A DNA stretch of 28,410 nt from Vicinamibacteria bacterium (GTDB lineage: Bacteria > Acidobacteriota > Vicinamibacteria > Marinacidobacterales > DATDRI01): assembly GCA_050747785.1 (NCBI GenBank), contig JBOGJF010000484.1, positions 1 through 28,410 on the forward strand, in the 5' to 3' direction. Of the stretch, positions 17,162 to 26,013 are shown piece by piece. The translations under genes were made by a program, and so were the position numbers. The stretch's first letter is position 1; each line of letters begins with the position of its first letter. The notes under the pieces were generated by a model that had not been told where the DNA came from, did not search any database, and saw only the letters and a program-made list of their open reading frames with translations.

Positions 17162-17463
17162 TCAACCGGCTCGATTCTCTTCCGCGCCTTCAACCGCTCG
17201 ATCTCGGCGAGCAGCTCAGCGTTCTCGCGGGCGCGCTCCTCGAGCAGCTTTGAAGCCTGCGTCAACTTCCGGCCCATCTCTTCGCGCTCGCTTGCCCACT
17301 CGATTGCGTGATCGCCCATGAGTCGCTTCACCCGGTCGACCTCATAGCGCATCTGGTCGACGTGCTTCTGGCAAGCCACCGGAAGGCCGGGACACCAGCC
17401 CTCCTGCCTGCACCTGGGCTCGATCTTCTTCGTCTCGGCCTTGGGGTCGACGGGTTCGGTCAT
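17158..17463 (-). CDS. Hypothetical coiled-coil protein
   Basis: ATGA coupling at 17463; ...ARENAELLAEIERLKA. Confidence 0.65.
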   Translation of the reverse strand: MTEPVDPKAETKKIEPRCRQEGWCPGLPVACQKHVDQMRYEVDRVKRLMGDHAIEWASEREEMGRKLTQASKLLEERARENAELLAEIERLKARKRIEPVE

Positions 17464-17777
17464 GATCTGGCCCTCGGGCTGCACTTAACGCAGGCCTCCA
17501 CCTTGTCCTGGTCGTGATCGCACTCTGCTCTAGCCCTAGCCAGGGCCCGCTCCTGGAGCATCTTGGCCAGGTTGTAGAGCGGAAGGGCCGCTTCGAGGAG
17601 CTCCTTATCCTCTTCCATCGCCTGGTGATTGCGGATCCAGAGCGTCGGGTCCAGAAGCGGCCCCAGGGTCTCCGCACGGCTGATGCGGTTGAGCAGGTCG
17701 GGCACGTCGACGAGCAGGAGCGTCCGCGCGGACGTAAGGACCATGATCAAGTTGTCGCGGTATTCCTCGGACGTCAC
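17460..17777 (-). CDS. Hypothetical protein
   Basis: GTGA coupling at 17777 with GAGGAAGG upstream; MTSEEYRDNLIMVLTSA...LLDPTLW. Confidence 0.65.
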   Translation of the reverse strand: MTSEEYRDNLIMVLTSARTLLLVDVPDLLNRISRAETLGPLLDPTLWIRNHQAMEEDKELLEAALPLYNLAKMLQERALARARAECDHDQDKVEACVKCSPRARS

Positions 17778-18475
17778 GCCTTCCTCCCCGCCGGCGCCGG
17801 CGTCACGGCCTTGCCCTTGGCGGCCGCCTCGATCTCGGCGATCTTGGCGTTGGCTAACTTCAGCGCGCCAAGCTGAACGGCCAGGTCCCGGGCGATCTCC
17901 AACCTCTTGTGCTCTGCGTCCTCTGCCAGTTTCACCGCCTCGTCGCGCCCACGGTAGGCCTCGTCCCGCGCGCGGGTCATGATGGCGAGCGTCGACTCCA
18001 CGGAGTGCCGGAAATCCTCGAGCTTGCGTTCGGCGCGGTTGCGCTCGTCCAAGTTGTGCGCCGCCTTCGTGGAGGCCGCGAGGAGGTCCTTCTCGAGGCC
18101 CGAGAGCTCCTGATCCTTCTTGCCGAGCTCGGCGCGGAGCCGGGCGTTGTCCTCGAGGGTCCGCTCCATGGCGCCCCTGGCGATTGCGTCGTGGAGCTGC
18201 TCGGCAGAGATGGCCCGCTCGCGCCAGCCGTCCCGATCTTTGGCGATGCCGTCGCACCGCTTCTGGATGTCCTCGATCAGCTTCGACGTCACGACCACGC
18301 GCTGCTCGAGGGCGGCCTCGGTGCTCGCCTTCGCCTCCCGCGCCTGGCGGGCTTCATACTTCAGGTCCGCGATCTTCTTCTCCAGCTCCTCGACCCTGTC
18401 CCCGAGGAGCCAGACTTCCATCTGGTGGGGCGTCGGGTTGGCCGGCCTGGCCGGGGGCGTCGCGTCCACGCTCAT
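17774..18475 (-). CDS. Coiled-coil protein
   Basis: GGAGGAG RBS, ATGA overlap; heptad-rich E/K/A/L sequence. Confidence 0.75.
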   Translation of the reverse strand: MSVDATPPARPANPTPHQMEVWLLGDRVEELEKKIADLKYEARQAREAKASTEAALEQRVVVTSKLIEDIQKRCDGIAKDRDGWRERAISAEQLHDAIARGAMERTLEDNARLRAELGKKDQELSGLEKDLLAASTKAAHNLDERNRAERKLEDFRHSVESTLAIMTRARDEAYRGRDEAVKLAEDAEHKRLEIARDLAVQLGALKLANAKIAEIEAAAKGKAVTPAPAGRKA

Positions 18476-18948
18476 GGTCTCCTCCAATCTTCAAGCGTCG
18501 TTTCCGATTTCACGTAAAGCGGGTGCCGGGGGTGGCCGTCCCGGGTCCTTCCGAGACACTTGAGCGGGTGGGCGGCGAGGACCTCCGTCACCGCCTGGTC
18601 CCGCCGGTAGAGGGCCCCGAGGGTCCCCCAGGCGCAGACGATGAGGGTCGCCTCGGGCGCGGAGTTCCGGATCCACTCGTCGTTCATCGGACCGACCGGA
18701 TCCGCGGCTTCGACGAGGGCCTCCGGCTTCGCGGCCCTGAAGCCGAAGAGGTTGACCACGTAGAGCGTCCCGTAGTCCCACCGGTCGGCGAAGGAGATGC
18801 AGCGCCGGATCGTGGGGTCGTCGGTGGTCTCGTCGGCCGTCGAAGGGTTGAGCATGATGAACATGCAGACCGCGCGCTCGGGCGCCCACTCGCGCACGAG
18901 GAGCCAGCGGTAGCGGCGGTCGCGGTCAAACTCGGCCCAGCGTTTCAT
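18472..18948 (-). CDS. DUF1643 family protein
   Basis: YRWLL.REW, FIMLNPSTAD...DDPTIRRC, VVNLF, AWG and G.PRHPLY motifs. Confidence 0.92.
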   Translation of the reverse strand: MKRWAEFDRDRRYRWLLVREWAPERAVCMFIMLNPSTADETTDDPTIRRCISFADRWDYGTLYVVNLFGFRAAKPEALVEAADPVGPMNDEWIRNSAPEATLIVCAWGTLGALYRRDQAVTEVLAAHPLKCLGRTRDGHPRHPLYVKSETTLEDWRRP

Positions 18949-19250
18949 GGCCGCCTCCCGTTCCACGCCTGCACGGCCTCGAGCTCGCTGTCCCTGTGGG
19001 GCCCGCCCGCTCCGCACGTGCGGCACCAGAGCCAGTGCTTGACCGTGTCCTTCGTCCCGTTCCTGGCCGGCGTCGAGAGGCCGAAGATCTTCTTCGGCTC
19101 CGCGCAGAAGGGGCAGGGCGCCAGCTTGACCTCCGGGCTCGTCCTCCGTCCGTCCATCGCTTGCCTCTCTCTCCCAGCGCGCGGGTACTCGATCCGCCGC
19201 GCGTCCCTGTAGATCGCCCTCAAGAGCTCGGGCGGTGTCGGCTCCGTCAC
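18945..19250 (-). CDS. Lar-family restriction alleviation-like zinc finger (alternative start 19157)
   Basis: LAPCPFC...CRTCGAGGP...EAVQAWNGR. Confidence 0.75.
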   Translation of the reverse strand: MTEPTPPELLRAIYRDARRIEYPRAGRERQAMDGRRTSPEVKLAPCPFCAEPKKIFGLSTPARNGTKDTVKHWLWCRTCGAGGPHRDSELEAVQAWNGRRP

Positions 19251-20737
19251 ACGCTCCTCAGCTTGACGAGATCCCCCTCTATCTCGACCAGGCCGTTTGA
19301 CTTGAGCCACGACAGGTAGTTCCGGAACGTGCTCTTGGTCGAGGCGACGCTCGAGAGGGTGCCGAGCTGATTGCGGGTGACCTGGCTCCGCTCGATCAGG
19401 ACCTCGAGCATCCTCCGGCAGCCGCGCTGACCGGCCTTCTGGAGCCACGGCTCCCACACGCCGCGGTCGACCGGAGGCGACCCAGGCTCGTCGCCCACCT
19501 CCTCGAAGAGCTTCCGGTAGGCGTCGTAGGTCGGCCGCAGATGGTCCCTGACGGCGGCCAGGCGGCGCTCGGCGTCCTCCCGGAGCGCCCGCTGCCCGGC
19601 GAGCTTCGTCTGGGTCTCCTGGAGCTTCGTGCGGGCGTATTCCAGGTCCGCCTGGAGCTTTCCGTTCTGGACGGCCAGGTCGCCGATCTCATTGCGATGC
19701 ACCCGAACGGCGTCTTGAGCCCCCTCGAGCGCCGCGCCGACGTCGGCCGAGATCTCCATGGCCGTTACGGGATCCACGGCGTGGAGCCCGCGCTCCCTCT
19801 TCGCCACGCCCGCCGCAACGACGGCCTGGGTCTTCGTGAGCTCGCGCTTCAGGCGCTCGACGAACGCCCGGGCGTTGCCGAGCTGGACGGCGTTCGGATT
19901 GATCCCGAGCTTCTTCATCTCGCGCGGGTGGAGGGTACGGCGCTCGCGGAACGTGAATCGCTCGAAGCGGTCCTCGCCGGGCCACCAGAGCCAGGCCTCG
20001 CCGGGCTTGAGGGACCCCAGCTCGTCGAAGCACTGGGCCATCTTCTGGTCGATGTCTTTCGCGACCATCCAGTCCTTGACGGCCTTCCGGTCGCGGGTGT
20101 CGGTGAGGCCCATGACGATCAGGGCCTCGCACTGGCTGAGGACGTCCTTGTCGATCGTGGCCGACCGTTGGGAGATGAGCCACGTTCCGTACCCGAAGTT
20201 TCCGCCGATCCGGACGAGCTTGTCGACGGCCGCCTTGCAGACCTGGATCCCGGGATACTTCGCGCCCTGCGGGACGAACTCGGGCGCCTCCTCGAAGAAG
20301 ACCACGCGCTCGATCGGGGAGCGGATCTGCATGAGGCGCCCGCAGAAGTCGGTCACGAACTTCCGGGTGACGTTCTTCGACTCGAACGACACGTCGAAGA
20401 TCATGCAGACCGGGGTCGAGAGGAACGCTTCGGCCACCCGCTCGCCAGCGTCCTTCTCGAGCGGGAGGTCCTGGTGGTCCCCGCCCATGACGACGATCGG
20501 GAGGCCCGAGGGCGTGCCGTCCCGGAGCACGCGCAGGCCCCAGAGGTTATTGCCCGGGTCGAACGCGCCCCAGGGCCGCTGCGCCTCCGTCAGCTCCTCG
20601 AGGACGTCGCCCAGGCCGTACGTCTTCCCCTTCTTCGACTGGGCGAGGAGCGCGAACTTCTTGTCCCCCAGGTCCGCCGGGAGCGTGAAGGGGTCGCCCG
20701 CCGGCGTCAGGCCGATCTCCAGGTGTTTCTTGCTCAT
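19247..20737 (-). CDS. HerA/FtsK-like (DUF87) ATPase with coiled coil and C-terminal winged HTH
   Basis: Walker A AQSKKGKT, FDP, Walker B VFFEEA, ISQR..IDKDVLSQC, LKPGEAW; C-terminal STFRNYLSWLKSNGLVE. Confidence 0.85.
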   Translation of the reverse strand: MSKKHLEIGLTPAGDPFTLPADLGDKKFALLAQSKKGKTYGLGDVLEELTEAQRPWGAFDPGNNLWGLRVLRDGTPSGLPIVVMGGDHQDLPLEKDAGERVAEAFLSTPVCMIFDVSFESKNVTRKFVTDFCGRLMQIRSPIERVVFFEEAPEFVPQGAKYPGIQVCKAAVDKLVRIGGNFGYGTWLISQRSATIDKDVLSQCEALIVMGLTDTRDRKAVKDWMVAKDIDQKMAQCFDELGSLKPGEAWLWWPGEDRFERFTFRERRTLHPREMKKLGINPNAVQLGNARAFVERLKRELTKTQAVVAAGVAKRERGLHAVDPVTAMEISADVGAALEGAQDAVRVHRNEIGDLAVQNGKLQADLEYARTKLQETQTKLAGQRALREDAERRLAAVRDHLRPTYDAYRKLFEEVGDEPGSPPVDRGVWEPWLQKAGQRGCRRMLEVLIERSQVTRNQLGTLSSVASTKSTFRNYLSWLKSNGLVEIEGDLVKLRSV

Positions 20738-21099
20738 CGGGGCCGCGCCTCCTCCCGGAGTTCGTCGATCCGGAGGACGAGGAGGCACTCGTGGCAATTA
20801 CCCCGCGGACGCCGGCGGTGCTTCGGCTCCTTCCGGTAGTGGGCCGCGAGGATCGCCGCGCGCGCGTCCTCGAGGAGGAGCCGGAGCTTGCACCGGAGGT
20901 CGTCGAGCCGCCTGATCTCCTCGGCCCCGCGGGCCCGCGCTTCCATGGCCTCGCGGTGCGCGGCTCGCTCATTCACGAACCGGCGCGCCAGGTCCTCGAG
21001 CGCTTCCTGAGCGACTCTGTGCAGGACCTCCTCCCGCTCGCAGTGCCGCTCCCAGTCCGTCGCCCGCGCTTCCGCCTTCACGTTCGCCGTGTCCGTCAT
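20734..21099 (-). CDS. Hypothetical protein
   Basis: GGAGG RBS and ATGA overlaps at both ends. Confidence 0.6.
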   Translation of the reverse strand: MTDTANVKAEARATDWERHCEREEVLHRVAQEALEDLARRFVNERAAHREAMEARARGAEEIRRLDDLRCKLRLLLEDARAAILAAHYRKEPKHRRRPRGNCHECLLVLRIDELREEARPR

Positions 21100-21191
21100 C
21101 GCCGCCTCCTCCTGATCGCCACGATCGCCACCGCTTGCGCCACGGCGACCACCGCCACGGCCACAAGGATGACGATGAGATCAAAATCCAT
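21096..21191 (-). CDS. 31-aa membrane microprotein
   Basis: Not in the ORF track: MDFDLIVILVAVAVVAVAQAVAIVAIRRRRR; fills the gap exactly. Confidence 0.6.
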   Translation of the reverse strand: MDFDLIVILVAVAVVAVAQAVAIVAIRRRRR

Positions 21192-21314
21192 CTACCGCCC
21201 GCCCTTCCGGAGACGCCAGGCTTCGCGCAGTACCGCGCCGGCCGCGACCAGGAATCCCGCCGCTGCGCTCCAGGCCAGGCACGGCCAATCGATGAGGCCC
21301 AGGAAGTCGCCCAT
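21192..21314 (-). CDS. 40-aa membrane microprotein
   Basis: GGAGGAGG RBS; MGDFLGLIDWPCLAWSAAAGFLVAAGAVLREAWRLRKGGR. Confidence 0.6.
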   Translation of the reverse strand: MGDFLGLIDWPCLAWSAAAGFLVAAGAVLREAWRLRKGGR

Positions 21315-21316
21315 GG

Positions 21317-21592
21317 CTACGCCTCCTCCCGTTCGCCCGACGCGCGCCGCGCTTGGTCGATGGGCTCGGGCGGCGGCGGCGCCACAGACGTCTGCAGTCC
21401 GAGGTCGCCCTGGCCGCCCGTCTTCGCGCACGGGCAGGGCTCCGACACGTTGTCGATCGTCCGGACCTGGCCGTCCCAGCCGCGATGCTGGAACGCCGCC
21501 GCCTTCCGCCAGCCGCTGCCCCGACAGTCCGGGCAGTCCCGCCGCGGCCGGCCTGTCACGTTCGGGGCCTTCGACCGCTTTCGCCTCGTCAC
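21317..21592 (-). CDS. Small zinc-finger protein
   Basis: CPDCRGSGW...PCPC. Confidence 0.65.
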   Translation of the reverse strand: MTRRKRSKAPNVTGRPRRDCPDCRGSGWRKAAAFQHRGWDGQVRTIDNVSEPCPCAKTGGQGDLGLQTSVAPPPPEPIDQARRASGEREEA

Positions 21593-22608
21593 TTCGTCAC
21601 CTCCCGGCGCCGCTCCTCCAGCCCTCGGCGCAAGTACTGCTCGTCGGTCTCCCCGGGCAACCGCGGTCGGGGGGCTCGCGGCGATGCACGCGCGGCGGCC
21701 TGGTCGAGGATCCTGTCGGCGTCCCCGCGGTCCGCCTCGAGCTCGCGGAGGAGGACCTCGGCCTCGGGCCCATCGGGTTCCGGCACGCTCCAGCCCTCGT
21801 CGAGCGCCCGCCTGGCCCAGCCCGCCGGATTGTCCTTGCCCTGGCGGGCGGCCTGGACGACGGCGAGGATCCGGTAGGCGGGGTGGGCGCCGGCCAGCGT
21901 ACGGGCGATCTCTGGGTCAAGCTGGAGGGCTTCGAGGAGGGGGGTTGCTCGCCTGATGGAGACCTGATGTTTCAGGGTGCCTAATACTGGACTCTTCGGC
22001 CCCGTCTTCTCCGGAACAGCAACAGCAGTCCCATTTCCGCCCCCCTCTGGGGCCCCCCCTGGACCCCCGGATACGGAAGAGTGTGTATCTGCTGTTGTTG
22101 CTGGGACGCCTCTCTTGTTCGTTCGTTCGTTCTGTTCGTTCTGTTCGTTCTGTTCTGCGCGCCGCTCCGTGGACAGTCCGTGGACATTTTTGGCGCGCTT
22201 GCGTCCACGGACAGGCGCGCGACGTTCCGAGGACGCTTTTTTTTGTTTCTTGGTTGGCTTTTCCCGATCGGTGCGCTCCTTGCGCTTCCGCGCGGCGTCC
22301 TTCCTGGCCTTCCGATACCCGGCCGTGATGTCCTCCCAGTCGTGGACCTCAACCCGGTCGTCGTCGAACTTGTCCAGCCATCCGGAATCGACAAGAGCTT
22401 GGACGAGGATCTTGGGGTCCCTGTCCCACTCCACGGCGATCTCGATCAGCTTCCGCTCGATGATCCCCCCGGGGCGATTCCCGATTCCCCAGGATGAAAT
22501 CGCGCCGATGATCCCTAGCGCCTGGTACTTCGGGATTTGGAGGCGCTTCATGAGATCGTGCGTTTTATAGTGGCTCCAGATCTCCTGGTGCCATTCGACG
22601 TAGGCCAT
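21589..22608 (-). CDS. Phage replication initiator / replisome organiser
   Basis: N-terminal H.K...L...L.I....ALG...ALVDSGWLD...VHDWED, a low-complexity repeat linker, and C-terminal KDNPAGW. Confidence 0.75.
   Translation of the reverse strand: MAYVEWHQEIWSHYKTHDLMKRLQIPKYQALGIIGAISSWGIGNRPGGIIERKLIEIAVEWDRDPKILVQALVDSGWLDKFDDDRVEVHDWEDITAGYRKARKDAARKRKERTDREKPTKKQKKASSERRAPVRGRKRAKNVHGLSTERRAEQNEQNEQNERTNKRGVPATTADTHSSVSGGPGGAPEGGGNGTAVAVPEKTGPKSPVLGTLKHQVSIRRATPLLEALQLDPEIARTLAGAHPAYRILAVVQAARQGKDNPAGWARRALDEGWSVPEPDGPEAEVLLRELEADRGDADRILDQAAARASPRAPRPRLPGETDEQYLRRGLEERRREVTK
22112..22262. repeat. Repeat cluster inside the initiator gene (candidate origin)
   Basis: Three 9-bp GTTCTGTTC units plus a (GTTC)n run; TCCGTGGACA twice at 22166 and 22177, with an inverted copy at 22203; adjacent T-rich tract. 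Confidence 0.55.
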
Positions 22609-22627
22609 GCCCTATCCCTTTAGTTCT

Positions 22628-23116
22628 TCATGGGTCCAGTGTCAGGTGGTAAAGCGCGATCGCCCCGGCCTCGGCCGCGTCCAAGGCCGGCGTCTGCTTG
22701 AGGCGAAGGATCGTCTGGACGATGTAGGCGGTCCGGATCTTGTCCGAGTACCCGTTGCCCGTGACCTTGCGCCAGACGTTGGGTTTGTACTGGGAGAAGC
22801 GGAGGCCTGCGGCGCCCAGGAGGGCGATGCAGACGCCCCGCGCGCTCGCGATCCCGATGGTCGAGGCGTGCGAACCGAAGACCATGGGCTCCTCGACGGC
22901 GCCGTCCGCGCGGACCTCTTTTGCCCGCTCGACGATGGGGGAGAGCTCCCGGAGGAGCCGCCCGAGCCTCTTGTGGATCGGGTCGGACTCCGGGAGCACG
23001 ATCGTCCCCAGCTCGACCGGCTCGAAGGTGCTCGGGCCGGCGGCCTCGACCAAGGCGTACCCGCAGAAGCAGGTGCCCGGGTCGATTCCAAGGGCGTAGC
23101 GCCGACGGCCTTTCAC
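22628..23116 (-). CDS. ruvC: RuvC-like Holliday junction resolvase
   Basis: LGIDPG...GYA, AVEE, ARGV, YKP..W.KVTGNG..DK and DAAEA motifs. Confidence 0.92.
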   Translation of the reverse strand: MKGRRRYALGIDPGTCFCGYALVEAAGPSTFEPVELGTIVLPESDPIHKRLGRLLRELSPIVERAKEVRADGAVEEPMVFGSHASTIGIASARGVCIALLGAAGLRFSQYKPNVWRKVTGNGYSDKIRTAYIVQTILRLKQTPALDAAEAGAIALYHLTLDP

Positions 23117-23433
23117 GCCGTCGCCTTCCTGCGCTTCCGCTCGGTCTTCTCCTTCGTGATCTTGTGGCGCCGGCGCTTGATCTTGGCGACGGGCTCGTCC
23201 AGGTACCACTCGTTCGAGCCGCGGATGTGGGGCTCCAGCCGGTGGTCCTTCCAGAGCTCGACTGCGTCGCTGTTCAGCTCGTTCTTCTTCTCCTTGAGCT
23301 TGGAGATCTTGGCGTCGATCTCCTCCATCTCGTCCTCGATCTCCTCGAGGCGGACCATGTGCTCGGGCACCACACCCGGGAGCTTCTTCTGGTCCCGGTT
23401 GCGTACCTGGGTCGCTGCCGTCTCTTCGGTCAT
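23113..23433 (-). CDS. Hypothetical protein with coiled coil and basic tail
   Basis: AAGGGAG upstream of the ATG at 23433. Confidence 0.7.
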   Translation of the reverse strand: MTEETAATQVRNRDQKKLPGVVPEHMVRLEEIEDEMEEIDAKISKLKEKKNELNSDAVELWKDHRLEPHIRGSNEWYLDEPVAKIKRRRHKITKEKTERKRRKATA

Positions 23434-23459
23434 CTGGGGTGTCTCCCTTCCTGGGTCCT

Positions 23460-23639
23460 CTATCCCTGCCCCGAGGACATCCCTCGGGACTCGTTGGCCT
23501 TCTTCTTCGCCGCGCGGCACTCCTTGCACCGCTTCGGGGGCTTGAAGCCTTGCTTCTCGAAGAACTTCTGCTCACCGACGGTGAACTCGAACCAGGCGCG
23601 ACAGTCAGAACATTCGATCTTGCGGTCGCCGTCGCTCAT
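23460..23639 (-). CDS. Zinc-ribbon protein (zf-trcl-like)
   Basis: DRKIECSDC...FEFTVGEQKFFEKQGF.PPKRCKECR. Confidence 0.85.
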   Translation of the reverse strand: MSDGDRKIECSDCRAWFEFTVGEQKFFEKQGFKPPKRCKECRAAKKKANESRGMSSGQG

Positions 23640-23899
23640 CGCTCCTCCGTGCCGGCTTTGACCAGGTTCTCGAAGCCGCGGCCCTGGGTCTTCCCCTGGA
23701 ACCAGCCCGAATACGGCCAGAAGACGAACCGGCAGCCGTTGGGGAAGATCACCCGGTAGGATCGGAAGCCGTCCGGCCCCGGCTCGACCTTGCAGCCGAG
23801 CTTGACGAGCGCCTCGCGCGTCGAATTCATCCGGTGGGGCTCGAGGCGCCTGCGGCGCTCCTGGGCACACGCCTTGTTGTCTTCGTACCAGTCGCTCAT
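23636..23899 (-). CDS. Hypothetical protein
   Basis: GGAGGAGG RBS; FWPYSGWFQGK..GRGFENL. Confidence 0.7.
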   Translation of the reverse strand: MSDWYEDNKACAQERRRRLEPHRMNSTREALVKLGCKVEPGPDGFRSYRVIFPNGCRFVFWPYSGWFQGKTQGRGFENLVKAGTEER

Positions 23900-24132
23900 C
23901 GCGCAGCCTCCTCCGCGACGAACGTTTTCAGCTCGGCCGCTATCCCGTCCATGATGAGGAGGTCCGATTCGGTCGCCTCCTGGCCGGGCCCCAGGATGGC
24001 GCAGATGGAGTCGAGGAGGCATCCGGCGCCCGCGTAGAAGGCTTTCTTCGTTTCGCGGACCTGGATCTCCGCGGCGCCCGGCGGGACGCATTGCCGGAGG
24101 TAGGAGAGCCACGCCGTTTCGATGACCTTCAC
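23896..24132 (-). CDS. Hypothetical protein
   Basis: GGAGG RBS, GTG at 24132; Q.RETKKAFYAGA. Confidence 0.7.
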   Translation of the reverse strand: MKVIETAWLSYLRQCVPPGAAEIQVRETKKAFYAGAGCLLDSICAILGPGQEATESDLLIMDGIAAELKTFVAEEAAR

Positions 24133-24329
24133 GGCGTCCTCCCTCGTTTCACGTCGGGATGAAAGGATGCTCGGCACTTCCGGCAGTCCGCGCGAAGGTA
24201 CGCTTTGCGCGCCGTCAGATCCTTCACCTCGGGGTGGCGTTTCAGGATCCGGCCGCACAGCGTTTCCGGCCTGCGTCCGATCGCGGCGTGAGCGATGCGG
24301 CCGAGGACGATACGAAAGGTGACCTTCAC
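24129..24329 (-). CDS. Small Cys/His protein
   Basis: H...TLCG...CRKC; GTGA overlaps at both ends. Confidence 0.6.
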   Translation of the reverse strand: MKVTFRIVLGRIAHAAIGRRPETLCGRILKRHPEVKDLTARKAYLRADCRKCRASFHPDVKRGRTP

Positions 24330-24556
24330 GGCAAGATCTCCTCCGGATCCGCGCCCTCGTCGTAGCTCTCCTCGTCCACCCCGTCGTCCCGCTCCTGCCT
24401 GGCGTCGCAGTATTCGAGGAGGGCCTTCTCGCCGGCCTCTCCGGTCGCGTCGACGACGTGCTTGAGGGCCAGGGCGAGCCGACTGATCGCGAACATGGGC
24501 ATGGGGTGATGGAGCGGACCCGCCAGTAGTGCGTTGAAGCGTTCGGTGGTTATCAC
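24326..24556 (-). CDS. Hypothetical protein
   Basis: AAGGAG RBS; coupled to both neighbours. Confidence 0.65.
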   Translation of the reverse strand: MITTERFNALLAGPLHHPMPMFAISRLALALKHVVDATGEAGEKALLEYCDARQERDDGVDEESYDEGADPEEILP

Positions 24557-24777
24557 GACTGCGTCTCCTTCGTCTTGCGGAACTGGTCGGCCATCGGGCA
24601 GGTAGAAAAGTGAGAGACGTGCCCGCGCACGTACCGCGCGCCCTGCGTGCCGCTCTTGTCCTCGAGGAGGATCGTCCCGGCCCGGGCGTCGAAGGGCGCG
24701 CGCCGGCCGCCGGCCATTTCAGCCCAGAGGATCGCCGCGCCGCAGCCCTTGCAGGTCCCTCGGTCGATTTGGCTCAT
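24553..24777 (-). CDS. Small phage zinc-finger protein
   Basis: CKGCGAAILW....G...PFD...SHFSTCP.A..FR. Confidence 0.75.
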   Translation of the reverse strand: MSQIDRGTCKGCGAAILWAEMAGGRRAPFDARAGTILLEDKSGTQGARYVRGHVSHFSTCPMADQFRKTKETQS

Positions 24778-25110
24778 CTACCCCTCCTTCCCGTGCCGGT
24801 GCGCGTGGGCGCCGTCGTAGCCGGCGAGGACCGGGGCCACCTGGTGGACGAACATGCTCGGGGTGAACCCGAGTGAGTGGGCGATGTAGGCGACCACGTT
24901 CGCCCGGTGCGCCCAGCACGCCTCGCCCGCGGAATTGTTCTCGCACCCCTTCCGCTCGTGCTCGGCCACGCAGGCCATGGCCAGGTGGCGCGTGAGCTGG
25001 ATCAGGTAGTGGTCGCTCGCCTCGTCCGGCACCGACGCCGGCGGGATGGCTTTCTCGAGGGCGTCGAGCGCGTAGTGGATCCGGGGGTCTTGGCAGACGT
25101 CGCAGGTCAT
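24778..25110 (-). CDS. Cys/His-rich hypothetical protein
   Basis: AAGGAG RBS; CDVC, C..EH...C, C..H. Confidence 0.65.
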   Translation of the reverse strand: MTCDVCQDPRIHYALDALEKAIPPASVPDEASDHYLIQLTRHLAMACVAEHERKGCENNSAGEACWAHRANVVAYIAHSLGFTPSMFVHQVAPVLAGYDGAHAHRHGKEG

Positions 25111-25376
25111 TTCGTCTCCTTCGCCTCGTCAAAGTGGTCGAGCGGCCAGAGCCGCACGAGCTCGGCGCTCGGCGGGAACTGCCAACCCTTCCGCTTCGCC
25201 CACTGCATCCAGCGGATCTTCGACTTCACGATCGCCTCCCAGTCCGCCTCGAGCTCCCTGATCCGGGTCTCGAAGTACTCCCGGTGCGGTTTCCAGTGGG
25301 GGCAGGCCAGGCACTTCCTCGGCGTCCTGGCCGGACAGCCGGCGGCGAGGGCTCTCGGCTTACGCCCGCGCGCCAA
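25107..25376 (-). CDS. Hypothetical protein
   Basis: TTG start abuts the upstream stop; C..C..C.H motif. Confidence 0.6.
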   Translation of the reverse strand: MARGRKPRALAAGCPARTPRKCLACPHWKPHREYFETRIRELEADWEAIVKSKIRWMQWAKRKGWQFPPSAELVRLWPLDHFDEAKETK

Positions 25377-25934
25377 TCAACGCCCCGCATCCCGCACGGC
25401 CGAGATCAGGACCTTCGTCTCGCGGAGGCGCTCCGTGTAGTAGTCCTCCCTCTCGGAGAGCATCTTCAGGATCTGGTCCCGGACCGAGGCCTCGCCCTCG
25501 GGAGGCGCGGCCGTCGCGATCGCGGCCCTTCCCGCCGGCATCGGCAGGTCCGGCTCTTCCTCGCAGGACCCGTCGCCCCCCCCCGCGCGCAGCTTCGGGG
25601 CGCGCCGGGGCTTCTCGCGCTCGGGCTCGCCGTTGCCCTCCGCCGGGCCCTTGCAGCCCTTGACATGCAGGTCCCGATAATGGCCGCCGCGTCCGTACTC
25701 CTTCCCGCACTTCGGGCAATCGAGATCGTTCGCCACGTCCGTCTCCTTAACACCTTCCTCGTCTTCCGCCTCGAGCGCCTGGCTCAGGCGGTCCAATTGC
25801 ACGATCCACTGGTGGAAGCACTTCGGGTTCCCGCACTGGAAGCGCCGGGCGTACTCCGAGCCGTGGAGCTCGGCGTATACGGTGCCCTCGCACTCGGGGC
25901 ACCTGGGCTTTGCCGCCTCTCTCTCAGCACCCAT
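25377..25934 (-). CDS. Two-zinc-finger protein with possible internal start at 25736
   Basis: CPEC...C...C, then CPKC...H...C; TAAGGAG precedes an in-frame GTG at 25736. Confidence 0.6.
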   Translation of the reverse strand: MGAEREAAKPRCPECEGTVYAELHGSEYARRFQCGNPKCFHQWIVQLDRLSQALEAEDEEGVKETDVANDLDCPKCGKEYGRGGHYRDLHVKGCKGPAEGNGEPEREKPRRAPKLRAGGGDGSCEEEPDLPMPAGRAAIATAAPPEGEASVRDQILKMLSEREDYYTERLRETKVLISAVRDAGR

Positions 25935-25972
25935 CCCTCGGCCCTCTCCGCACTCCCGCCTCTGGCCATCCA

Positions 25973-26013
25973 CCCTCAAAGTCGGGGCGCGACAGGCGCC
26001 CCGGGTTTTAGGG
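25973..26013. terminator. GC hairpin, possible terminator or attenuator
   Basis: CGGGGCGC-GACAG-GCGCCCCG (25983-26003), with short T runs on both strands and outer CCCTCAAA / TTTTAGGG pairing. Confidence 0.45.

Noticed and set aside
22166..22188. DnaA boxes
   Set aside because: (A/C)TGTCCACG matches only 7 of 9 positions of TTGTCCACA; better treated as phage iterons.
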